Source: Macrostomum lignano (Eukaryota). Taken from it: a stretch of DNA of 64,000 nucleotides. Shown piece after piece: positions 1 through 11,626 of the stretch. The DNA is taken from assembly GCA_002269645.1 (NCBI GenBank), contig NIVC01003703.1:17744-81743 (forward strand). The letters run 5' to 3'. The translations under genes and the position numbers were made by a program. Within the stretch, counting starts at the first letter, position 1, and every line of letters begins with the position of its first letter. The notes beneath the pieces are model-generated. The model did no database searches and was not told where the DNA came from. It saw only the letters and a program-made list of their open reading frames with translations.

Positions 1-250
1 CGCCAGCTACAGAGGGGGCGCCAGCTACAGAGGGGGGCACCAGCTGCAGAGGGGGCACCAGCATCAGAGGGGGGCACCAGCTACAGAGGGGGCACCAGCT
101 GCAGAGGGGGCACCAGCTACAGAGGGGGCACCAGCTGCAGAGGGGGCACCAGCTACAGAGGGGGCACCAGCTACAGAGGGGGCACCAGCTACAGAGGGGG
201 CGCCAGCTACAGAGGGGGGCACCAGCTACAGAGGGGGCGCCAGCTACAAA
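1..250. repeat. ~18-bp minisatellite CCAGCTACAGAGGGGGCA (continues beyond the window start; probably intronic)
   Basis: About 13 visible tandem units. Confidence 0.9.
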
Positions 251-307
251 GGAGTATCAGCTGCAGCAAAAAATTTTTATACATTAAAAACCGCCCCTCG
301 GCCGCAG

Positions 308-1734
308 ACTAAGAGCTGCACCGAATGCGACGTGCCTGTCAGCTCCGGCGGGGTCGACAGTTCAGCAGCCGAAGCGTCCGATTTGGTCGCCGCCGTCGTG
401 TCAGCCTCCGCATCCGCCGATGCCGCTGGGGTCAGCGCGGCCGCTCTACTCGCTGACGCCAAGGCGCGGGAGCGCTCCTCTCTAATAATGATTAGCGCGG
501 CGATGCGCGGCGCCGCCATCCTGGCCGCCGGCATGACCCGGTCGCTTAACTTCGACGCTTTGCACGCCGCCGAACTCGACGGCGAAGATGCCGACGCCGA
601 TGCCGCCGAGCAGCAGTCGGACGGCGACGGTGAAAAATGCGCCGGCCGCTACTTTTTAATGCTTGCCGACCGGGAGGAGAAGAAGATTCGGACCGAGACA
701 GACTGGATTGAAGCCGCTCTGGCCGACCGGCCGGACTTGTCCGAAGAGGGTCAGTTCCGTACCTGTCTGATCTGCATATCTATCTTATCTATCTATCTAT
801 CCGTATCTAGTCTAGTATCTAGTCTAGCCCGTCTATCTTCGTATCTAGTCCATATATCTCATTTAGTCCATCTATCTCAGTGTCTAGCCCATCTATCTTA
901 GTGTCTAGCCCATCTATCTCCGGGTCTAGCCCATCTATCTCCGTATCTAGTCCATCTATCTCAGTTTCTAGCCCATCTATCTCAGTTTCTAGCCCATCTA
1001 TCTCAGTTTCTAGCCCATCTATCTCAGTTTCTAGCCCATCTATCTCCGTATCTAGTCCATCTATCTCAGTTTCTAGCCCATCTATCTCAGTTTCTAGACC
1101 ATCTATCTCCGGGTCTAGCCCATCTATCTCCGTATCTAGCCCATCTATCTCAGTTTCTAGACCATCTATCTCCGGGTCTAGCCCATCTTTAATCCGTGTC
1201 GATGCTCAACAAGCACAACAGCTAGTGCTCAACACGTATAAACTTTCAGTCGCCGGAATATTTCGCGTGGCCGTCGGCAAGGCGAAGCTGTTCCTAGCAG
1301 AGAAGCTGGCCCAGTTCCGCGGCCTGTGCGAGGACAACCTCTCTGGCGGGGTCACCCAGTACTGCGACTTGAACGGCTTTTGGGCCATCTGCGGCCTACA
1401 GATTGACGATCTGAATAACAAGCTGCTGCAACAGTGCCGAACTATTCGCGACGCTGGATTTGTTGTCATAGCAACCAGCTCCAAGGCTTCGGCGGCGTCC
1501 GGCTCGCCGGAGCAGCAGGCCTCGACGGCGCCAACAACGAAGGCAGCCGCGAGACGGCCGACCGCGGCAAAGAAAGCGACAACTTCCACCACAACGGCAA
1601 AGTCGGGAGGCGGCGGCGAAGGCGATCGGCAGCGCCGGGAGCGGCTGGCGGAGATGAAGCGCCAGGCTCGCAAGAAGATGCTGGCAGCCTCGGCCGGTGC
1701 GGCTGACAACGGAGACGATGTGATTTTCATGTGA
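308..1734 (+). CDS. GKAP/DLGAP (SAPAP/HURP)-family protein, last two exons (308-749, 1250-1734); 5' part lies outside the window
   Basis: A phase-1 intron 750-1249 (G|GTCAGT ... TTTCAG|TC) joins 'GRYFLMLADREEKKIRTETDWIEAALADRPDLSEE' to 'VAGIFRVAVGKAKLFLAEKLAQFRGLCEDNL...DLNGFWAICGLQIDDL'. This matches the GKAP homology domain (..WFLKLL..LSEEVLGKIRSAVGxAQLLMSQKFQQFRGLC..DLAGFWD). The 5' acceptor at 307 is inferred. Confidence 0.85.
780..1187. repeat. 21-bp minisatellite TCTAGCCCATCTATCTCAGTT in the DLGAP intron
   Basis: Tandem units; gives the SSPSISV repeat in the ORF track. Confidence 0.9.
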
Positions 1735-2439
1735 AGCTGTGCCTGGCAGATCATCACTGACTCTAGCCAATGGCAGTCGTCAAGTATTAAATTCAAAATA
1801 ATGTCGAATTTGTCAGCTACACAATTTTTGTAAAAATTATTTTTCTCTTGTTTAAAAAACACACGCTCGGTTTTAAGGTCAATGAAGTTGGAAGTTATTT
1901 TAGTCCTCCTATGCAATGTCTGTGCAAGTGATTCCACTTTAGCTAACATGAGAATATAGCCTAATAAATTGCGAACATGGGCTTTTCAGATAGACTTTAG
2001 ATAGAATTAATTAATGATTCATTATGGATTAGAGCAATATAAGTGAGTTATATTGCCATGCAGTTGCACCAGGGTATCACAACCAATTAGCAAAGCATTA
2101 GTAATGAGAAACACATGATTGCTTTTTTATCGTGCTTCGCCTGAGTATTAGCCGCCACCCTTTCCGCTTTCTCAGTCGGGTTAACCTCGACTTAATCTAT
2201 TTATCTACAGTCTTATTATATCTGCGTGCCATGCGGCCTTTTTTCTGTTTATTTATTTTCAATTTCAAACACAAACTATCAGTTTTTTGCACCCTGGACT
2301 TACAGCTTCTCTTTGACGGAGTGTTGGAAAAGTATTTTTTAAACTACTTACGTTCCCTTTTTCCTCAATGTTGAAGCACTGAGTACTGAGTTTTGCTTAA
2401 GTTTCTGTTCGTCATCTATCATCAGCATCTCCCTGTATT

Positions 2440-4500
2440 GTCTCTACCCCTCTCTCCCACTCTTACCCCTCACTTTATCTCACACCCTCTCCCACTCTTA
2501 CCCCTCACTTTATCTCACACCCTCTCCCACACTTACCCCTCACTTTATCTCACACCCTCTCCCACTCTTACCCCTCACTTTATCTCACACCCTCTCCCAC
2601 TCTTACCCCTCACTTTATCTCACACCCTCTCCCACTCTTACCCCTCACTTTATCTCACACCCTCTCCCACTCTTACCCCTCACTTTATCTCACACACACA
2701 CACTCTCTCTCTATCTCTCTCCCACTCTTACCCTTCACTTTATCTCACACCCTCTCCCACACTTACCCCTCACTTTATCTCACACCCTCTCCCACTCTTA
2801 CCCCTCACTTTATCTCACACCCTCTCCCACTCTTACCCCTCACTTTATCTCACACCCTCTCCCACTCTTACCCCTCACTTTATCTCACACCCTCTCCCAC
2901 TCTTACCCCTCACTTTATCTCACACACACACACTCTCTCTCTATCTCTCTCCCACTCTTACCCCTCACTTTATCTCACACCCTCTCCCACTCTTACCCCT
3001 CACTTTATCTCACACCCTCTCCCACTCTTACCCCTCACTTTATCTCACACACACACACTCTCTCTCTATCTCTCTCCCACTCTTACCCCTCACTTTATCT
3101 CACACCCTCTCCCACTCTTACCCCTCACTTTATCTCACACCCTCTCCCACTCTTACCCCTCACTTTATCTCACACCCTCTCCCACTCTTACCCCTCAATT
3201 TATCTCACACACACACACTCTCTCTCTATCTCTCTCCCACTCTTACCCCTCACTTTATCCCACACCCTCTCCCACTCTTACCCCTCACTTTATCTCACAC
3301 CCTCTCCCACTCTTACCCCTCACTTTATCTCACACCCTCTCCCACTCTTACCCCTCACTTTATCTCACACCCTCTCCCACTCTTACCCCTCACTTTATCT
3401 CACACCCTCTCCCACTCTTACCCCTCACTTTATCCCACACCCTCTCCCACTCTTACCCCTCACTTTATCTCACACCCTTTCCCACTCTTACCCCTCACTT
3501 TATCCCACACCCTCTCCCACTCTTACCCCTTACTTTATCTCACACCCTCTCCCACACTTACCCCTCACTTTATCTCACACCCTCTCCCACTCTTACCCCT
3601 CACTTTATCTCACACCCTCTCCAACACTTACCCCTCACTTTATCTCACACCCTCTCCCACACTTACCCCTCACTTTATCTCACACCCTCTCCCACACTTA
3701 CCCCTCACTTTATCTCACACCCTCTCTCTCTCTCTCTATCTCTCTCCCACTCTTACCCCTCACTTTATCTCTCACCCTCTCCCACTCTTACCCCTCACTT
3801 TATCCCACACCCTCTCCCACTCTTACCCCTCACTTTATCTCACACCCTTTCCCACTCTTACCCCTCACTTTATCCCACACCCTCTCCCACTCTTACCCCT
3901 TACTTTATCTCACACCCTCTCCCACACTTACCCCTCACTTTATCTCACACCCTCTCCCACTCTTACCCCTCACTTTATCTCACACCCTCTCCAACACTTA
4001 CCCCTCACTTTATCTCACACCCTCTCCCACACTTACCCCTCACTTTATCTCACACCCTCTCCCACACTTACCCCTCACTTTATCTCACACCCTCTCTCTC
4101 TCTCTCTATCTCTCTCCCACTCTTACCCCTCACTTTATCTCTCACCCTCTCCCACTCTTACCCCTCACTTTATCTCACACCCTCTCCCACTCTTACCCCT
4201 CACTTTATCTCACGCCCTCTCCCACTCTTACCCCTCAATTTATCTCACACACTCTCTCTCTCTATCTCTCTCCCACTCTTACCCCTCACTTTATCTCTCA
4301 CCCTCTCCCACTCTTACCCCTCACTTTATCTCACACCCTCTCCCACTCTTACCCCTCACTTTATCTCACGCCCTCTCCCACTCTTACCCCTCAATTTATC
4401 TCACACACTCTCTCTCTCGATCTCTCTCCCACTCTTACCCCTCACTTTATCTCACACCCTCTCCCACTCTTACCCCTCAATTTATCTCACACCCTCTCTC
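2440..4500. repeat. 35-bp C/T-rich minisatellite CACACCCTCTCCCACTCTTACCCCTCACTTTATCT with (CA)/(CT) interruptions
   Basis: About 2 kb of tandem units; the 35-aa periodicity of the spurious ORF confirms the period. Confidence 0.95.
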
Positions 4501-5294
4501 TCTGACCCACCGCTGCCATTACTCTGTTCCCCTATTCTTAAAATCAAGCAGCCAATCGATTCCTGTCTCTAAGCCATCTCTAAGCCACAGCTAGTGTACG
4601 GTACAGTCAGTCTAGCTCGATAGTCTTCCCTTAATTGTGTGTATTTTTTACCCATCTGGCGTGCTTCGTCATCAATATAAATATATCGATCGATCTGATA
4701 AGTAAATACCCGGCTGTATCACTGACACTTTGCTATAATTATATAATAATTTTTTGACCCCAGCCCTCTTGTCTGTCGTGGTGCTGCCGACTTTATATTT
4801 TCTACTTTACCGCCAGCCCCGTGTGGGCGGTTCGCAGTTATTTATTTATTTATTTGCTTAACCTTTAGAGTCTCTTGCTGTTTAACTCACAATTTCCCGG
4901 ACGGTATTTTTGTTACTTAATTAGGATCGTAGTATAGTTAAAAACTTTTTTCCTAATTTTAGTTATTCAACCTGATTGATCTCTCTTGCATCGGCAGGTG
5001 GAGTAGTGGCTGCCGCTGCGATTTTATGATAATTAATTGCTACATCATTTTGGTTATTTGTTTTATATAAAACAGCTGCACGCTCATGTCATGGACTCTG
5101 TATTGATTGACCTTTTACACAAGCTTTGTTTTTTTAATCTATTTTAAGTATTAGCAGTGCGGGTTTAGCTACTCAAATATTTATGCAGTCGGCTGTTTAA
5201 AGAATCTCGGCAGTTTTATTTTTTCTTTGTCGGTAAGACAGCAATGAAAAATTATCAAATGCTTCTGACTGTTTTCTTGTGAGTAGATGCATTG

Positions 5295-5860
5295 TGTGCT
5301 GTTGCTATGTGCTCGCTATGTTGTTGCTATGCAGTTGCTACGTGGTCGCTATGTTGTTGCTAATGCTATGCTGTTGCTGTGGGGTCGCTATGTAGTTGCA
5401 ATTCTGTTGCTATGTGCTCGCTATGTAGTTGCTATGCAGTTGCTACGTGGTCGCTATGTTGTTGCTAATGCTATGCTGTTGCTGTGGGGTCGCTATGTAG
5501 TTGCAATTCTGTTGCTATGTGCTCGCTATGTAGTTGCAATTCTGTTGCTATGTGCTCGCTATGTAGTTGCAATTCTGTTGCTATGTGCTCGCTATGTAGT
5601 TGCAATTCTGTTGCTATGTGCTCGCTATGTAGTTGCAATTCTGTTGCTATGTGCTCGCTATGTAGTTACAATTCTGTTGCTATGTGCTCGCTATGTAGTT
5701 GCAATTCTGTTGCTATGTAGTTGCTATGCTGTTGCTACGTGGTCGCTATGTTGTTGCTAATGCTATGCTATTGCTATGTGGTAGCTATGTAGTTGCTATG
5801 TGGTCGCTTTGCCGTTGTTATGTTGCTATGTGGTTTCTATGCTGTTATTATCTTTTCAAG
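5295..5860. repeat. 33-bp minisatellite CTATGTAGTTGCAATTCTGTTGCTATGTGCTCG
   Basis: Tandem units with degenerate edges. Confidence 0.9.
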
Positions 5861-6499
5861 ACCAATCGTTGCTATGCGGCTTAATAAAAATTTTTTTCGT
5901 GTAGCTAAAAATATTTACCCACACAATAAATTACAATACATGATACATTCAGTGTAAATCTTGCCGTTGTTTTATCAATAATTCTAGCCTTCCTTTAAAT
6001 ATGCGATCAAGGAGCAGCCGTACTGAGCATGACAACTAAGCTTTAGTATTCAGCTTAGCCTTTCGCTTGCTGGGCTGTATTAACTGTATTCATAGCGAGC
6101 AGCGGTTTGGCTGCAGCCGATATCTGAGTATCTTGTTTGGGTTTGAAAGCAAAATGTGTTTGATTTAGCACCTCTATATCCTGCGCATTAGTGCCGTGTA
6201 CTTCTGTAGAAATTATACTTAATAGCTGATCCCACTGTTTCATATGCTTATTTGTTCGCTATAGTGTGTACGCTTCATAAGTGAAAGAATTTTTCTCTAA
6301 CAAAAAATTACAATAAAACCTTGTACAATGCCTACTTTAGGCTTGTTTGACATGTTTGATCGCTCTTAAAAGTGCTGGCTTGCTTAGCCTATGTCGCTAA
6401 GCGTGTAAAAAGCTTTGGATATGTCTTAGTTCATTAGCATACTTGTTCATTAATAGATTTGACATGATGGGAGCGGCCCTACTGAGTAGATATGAAATG

Positions 6500-7480
6500 T
6501 GAGCGGCCCTGCTCAGTAGATATGAGATGGAAGCAGTAGATATGAGATGGAAGCAGTAGATATGAGATGGGAGCAGTAGATATGAGATGGGAGCAGTAGA
6601 TATGAGATGGGAGCAGTAGATATGAGATGGGAGCAGTAGATATGAGACGGGAGCAGTAGATATGAGATGGAAGCAGTAGATATGAGATGGAAGCAGTAGA
6701 TATGAGATGGGAGCAGTAGATATGAGATGGAAGCAGTAGATATGAGATGGGAGCAGTAGATATGAGATGGAAGCAGTAGATATGAGATGGGAGCAGTAGA
6801 TATGAGATGGAAGCAGTAGATATGAGATGGGAGCAGTAGATATGAGATGGAAGCAGTAGATATGAGATGGGAGCAGTAGATATGAGATGGAAGCAGTAGA
6901 TATGAGATTGAAGCAGTAGATATGAGATGGGAGCAGTAGATATGAGATGGAAGCAGTAGATATGAGATTGGAGCAGTAGATATGAGATGGAAGCAGTAGA
7001 TATGAGATGGGAGCAGTAGATATGAGATGGAAGCAGTAGATATGAGATGGAAGCAGTAGATATGAGATGGGAGCAGTAGATATGAGATGGAAGCAGTAGA
7101 TATGAGATTGAAGCAGTAGATATGAGATGGGAGCAGTAGATATGAGATGGAAGCAGTAGATATGAGATTGGAGCAGTAGATATGAGATGGAAGCAGTAGA
7201 TATGAGATGGGAGCAGTAGATATGAGATGGGAGCAGTAGATATGAGATGGAAGCAGTAGATATGAGATGGAAGCAGTAGATATGAGATGGGAGCAGTAGA
7301 TATGAGATGGAAGCAGTAGATATGGGATGGGAGCAGTAGATATGAGATGGAAGCAGTAGATATGAGATGGAAGCAGTAGATATGAGATGGGAGCAGTAGA
7401 TATGAGATGGAAGCAGTAGATATGAGATGGGAGCAGTAGATATGAGATGGAAGCAGTAGATATGAGATGGGAGCGGCCCC
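6500..7480. repeat. 20-bp minisatellite GCAGTAGATATGAGATGGRA
   Basis: About 47 units; GAGCGGCCC(C)TGCTCAGTA flanks both ends. Confidence 0.95.
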
Positions 7481-7701
7481 TGCTCAGTAAGTACATGTAT
7501 GAGACGGATTTATTTTAAAACTTTATTTCTTGTATATGCCATTTACTGAGTAGGTGCGTAAAAATATGAGTTTACGTGTCAAGCTTCCATAAAATTAACA
7601 ATAATCTTGCAGAAAACTACTGCAATAAGAGTACGAGTAGTAGTAGTACTAATAGTAGCGCGTTAGGCGTTCAGTCAAGCGTAATTCTTTGGCGGCAGAA
7701 T

Positions 7702-8537
7702 TCAGCGAACCAAAATGTTCGCCAGTAGCATGACGCAGAGAAGGCCGAAAGCGCTTTTGATGGTAGTCTGAAAAATTATTGCGGTTTTTTCGGCGGTTAC
7801 CTTTACATATTGCAACTGCAGATGGCTAAGCTGGGGCTCTATAAGGTATTAAACCGACTACGCCTATATTATATTACTAAGTTGTTTATAAGCTTAGTGA
7901 ACCGCCAAACAAGGCTGCAAATATTGGCGCCCCTCAATGAAAATCCCAGCGTTCAGGTACGCCACTGATGAGCTTCAATAAAAGTTGCTTGATGCCAATA
8001 GTCGGGTATTAGACGGTTTTGCTCACCGATCCGCATGGGATATTGTTCCCGTTAAGTCTCATGCAGTTCTCGCTGTTAACTGGCTCGCAGATGCCTGGGT
8101 GGGTGATGCCGTCAGTTCGCTCCGGGGTGCCGCCCTCGGTCCAGACGCACTGTGGGTCGCCGAGCTCTTCGCCGTTGCTCCGGCCGTCTTGGTCAGAGTC
8201 TAACTGGCAGATAGTGGAGTTCCACACCTGCGTGTTAATGATCGTGTAACATGCATGCATTGCGTGTGCCTATGCAATACAATGCCAATCCAGTGATTAA
8301 AGTGCATATAGTTACAAATCCGTTAGACTTGAAGGCTATTCCAAACGGGTTCCTCTCGCCGCCGCCGTCCTTGTTCCAGTGACCAACTCCGGGCCACTGG
8401 GTGCCGGCCTGGCACGGATTGTTCACATTGGCGCCGTTGGGGATCTTGGCCTGCAGTGTCTTGAACGCGTCTACTGTTGCCGAGCCGAGCAGCAGTAGCA
8501 GCAGAGCTGCCGGGGCCAATCCTAGAAACAGTTTCAT
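7702..8537 (-). CDS. Temptin-like secreted protein; exons 8537-8316, 8227-8027 and a putative last exon 7767-7702 (or read-through to a stop at 8009)
   Basis: Signal peptide MKLFLGLAPAALLLLLLGSATVDA. Motifs IPNG..V.NPC..GVGH..GGGERNPFG.AF and W...C.LDSDQDGRSNGEELGDP.CVW..G.TP......HPG match Aplysia temptin. Phase-0 GT-AG intron at 8315-8228. The third exon is less certain than the first two. Confidence 0.85.
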
Positions 8538-9287
8538 TGCTGGAGTAGCCAAGGTGTTAAAGCAGAAACTCGTACAAAATTCTGCAAGTTTCTCGGCAAA
8601 AACGATGCAGAGAACGTCAATTTATGGCCGCGGTGCAGTCGAGTCAAGCGGGCGAAATCAGCCAGCGATAAGCTAAGATAAGATCGCCTTCTGCCTTTGA
8701 CACCAGGTGCAGGCAGTGCCTGGCTACGAGCAAAGTCCAGGCTCAACTGACTGACTAACTTAACTGCTCCAAACGTCGCGAAGCGTCAGCAAAAGCGGCA
8801 CGATTGCCGAGCGTGTGCAATGCAGTTTGTTGAACTCGACAGGCCTCACTTCATAGGTATTATATCTGCTTTTGTTTCTATAATGGCGAATTGTACATTC
8901 TGCATTTTGTTTCCTTCAGTAGACTGCAGCAATGGTAAGGACTGAACGCACATTGGTCTGAATGGCTGCAGCTAGCCTTCTACTGTAAAGATCTTGCTTG
9001 TGAAGCTCACATGATAAAACCCAGTGAAGGAGCCTGCATCAATTTTCAGTGTACTTCACTGATAATGAATGCATGCACAATGAGGGTTAGGAAAAGAGAA
9101 GTGAGGTTTTAACACAGCTAGGCAGTTGTCCCGATCTCCCCCACTTTAAAATAGTTGCATTAGACAGGCGGACAGCCGCATAAAATTCCTAGCTATTGAG
9201 CGAATGTTGGCCTGCCCTGCACTCTTTGATGGGACGGCCTTACACCTCTACCTCTCTTTCTCTGTAGTACTCCGCAAATGACGGCAG

Positions 9288-10420
9288 CTCATTAATCAGG
9301 ACTGGGTGCAGGGCGGCAGCTCATTAATCAGGACTGGGTGCAGGGCGGCAGCTCATTAATCAGGACTGGGTGCAGGGCGGCAGCTCATTAATCAGGACTG
9401 GTGCAGGGCGGCAGCTCATTAATCAGGACTGGGTGCAGGGCGGCAGCTCATTAATCAGGACTGGGTGCAGGGCGGCAGCTCATTAATCAGGACTGGGTGC
9501 AGGGCGGCAGCTCATTAATCAGGACTGGGTGCAGGGCGGCAGCTCATTAATCAGGACTGGGTGCAGGGCGGCAGCTCATTAATCAGGACTGGGTGCAGGG
9601 CGGCAGCTCATTAATCAGGACTGGGTGCAGGGCGGCAGCTCATTAATCAGGACTGGTGCAGGGCGGCAGCTCATTAATCAGGACTGGGTGCAGGGCAGCA
9701 GCTCATTAATCAGGACTGGTGCAGGGCGGCAGCTCATTAATCAGGACTGGGTGCAGGGCGGCAGCTCATTAATCAGGACTGGGTGCAGGGCGGCAGCTCA
9801 TTAATCAGGACTGGGTGCAGGGCGGCAGCTCATTAATCAGGACTGGTGCAGGGCGGCAGCTCATTAATCAGGACTGGGTGCAGGGCGGCAGCTCATTAAT
9901 CAGGACTGGGTGCAGGGCGGCAGCTCATTATCAGGACTGGTGCAGGGCGGCAGCTCATTAATCAGGACTGGGTGCAGGGCGGCAGCTCATTAATCAGGAC
10001 TGGGTGCAGGGCGGCAGCTCATTATCAGGACTGGTGCAGGGCGGCAGCTCATTAATCAGGACTGGGTGCAGGGCGGCAGCTCATTAATCAGGACTGGGTG
10101 CAGGGCGGCAGCTCATTAATCAGGACTGGGTGCAGGGCGGCAGCTCATTAATCAGGACTGGGTGCAGGGCGGCAGCTCATTAATCAGGACTGGGTGCAGG
10201 GCGGCAGCTCATTAATCAGGACTGGGTGCAAGGCGGCAGCTCAATAATCAGGACTGGGTGCAGGGCGGCAGCTCATTAAACATGACTGGATGCAGGGCGG
10301 CAGCTCATTAATCAGAACTGGTGCAGGGCGGCAGCTCATTAATCAGAACTGGTGCAGGGCGGCAGGTCATTAATCAGGACTGGGTTCAGGGCGGCAGCTC
10401 ATTAATCAGGATTGGGTGCA
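9288..10420. repeat. 32-bp minisatellite GGGCGGCAGCTCATTAATCAGGACTGGGTGCA
   Basis: About 35 near-identical units. Confidence 0.95.
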
Positions 10421-11626
10421 GTGCATATACGCTCGCACACACCGTTTTAAAATTTCCCAAAAGTACACTTCTGCAGTCCGCATATTATCGGGACACGGCA
10501 CTTTTTTGTTTATCGCACCCTGCAGGACCGATAAGCACTGCTGCTCATACTGAAAACGTTTGCAATCGTTTCAATTAAGAGAACCCATGCTTATCTACGA
10601 GTTGCTAGGGGCGAATTTTTCAACAGCTGATTTTGAACAGAGTGTTCGCTCTAGATAACAAAACCAGTTCCAAACAAATCTAGAAAATTCTGTCCTAAGC
10701 TGCACTTGGTCGCGCAGGTGCGCCGCATGTACAAAGTGCACTGACCTTGGTCTTTAATTGTTTCCGCTTTTTGCCTTGCGCGTCTGCATCGAACCTATGG
10801 TGGATTTCCTCAATAATCACCAATTTGATAGACCTTATGGGGACATTTATTTTTTAAATAATTGTAACAGCTTGTAAGTGTTTATATTTAACCAAGAAAT
10901 CAGCTTAGTAAATAATTTTACAAACTAATAATAACGATTATTTATTTGAATAATGCTGAACAATAATATTTTAACATGCTAAGCCCATAACAATTAGGGA
11001 CATTGTGCAGTTGGGACGCATTAGTTTAAAGGCTGATATTTTGCATGATGTACCGAAGTTTATAATTAGAAACCAATGAGCTTACTTTTAAGTAATCAGA
11101 GGTGGAAAAATATCTCTAAATAAATTGTTACATTACTTAAATGAATTTACAATTGATTACAGTAAACGTAATAATATACAATAAATATAGCAAACTTAAA
11201 TACCAATATTGCATAACTAGCAATGCACTTTAGTAAGGAAATAAAATAAATTTGAATGATGAAGAATTTCAACATTTAGAAGCGACCGATTTTTCTTGCA
11301 TGCTAGAGTGAGAAGACTCAAGTGGCACAGCGAGACACTGGCCTACTTGGCTTAAGCAAGATACATACAGTAAACAAGCAAACGAATGCAATCCTCTGAA
11401 AGACAAAGCATGCAAATCAACTGGGATAGGCATAGGAGAAGACCCTAGCACAATATGACAACTTAGATCTGGGCCGGGTCCGTTCTTTTATGCCATGTGA
11501 AAATTTAAAGTTTTTTAAGTTTTCGTTAAATAGTCCTACTGTTTTCTAACTAATCTACTACAAGTAGACCGGAGTGGGAATTTCTTTCTAACCAGAAGTG
11601 CGGGGGCGGGGGAACTGGACAGTTCG

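Noticed and set aside
2393-4594. 733-aa ORF (and similar ORFs at 5287, 6513, 22504, 25723, 33297, 35983, 42183, 46018, 49347, 59986, 60805, 62766)
   Set aside because: These are translations of tandem DNA repeats whose units lack stop codons in that frame. They have no domain content, and most lie inside introns of recognisable genes.
7500-8000. Temptin fused to a copper monooxygenase
   Set aside because: No monooxygenase-like exons were found on the minus strand downstream within the window.
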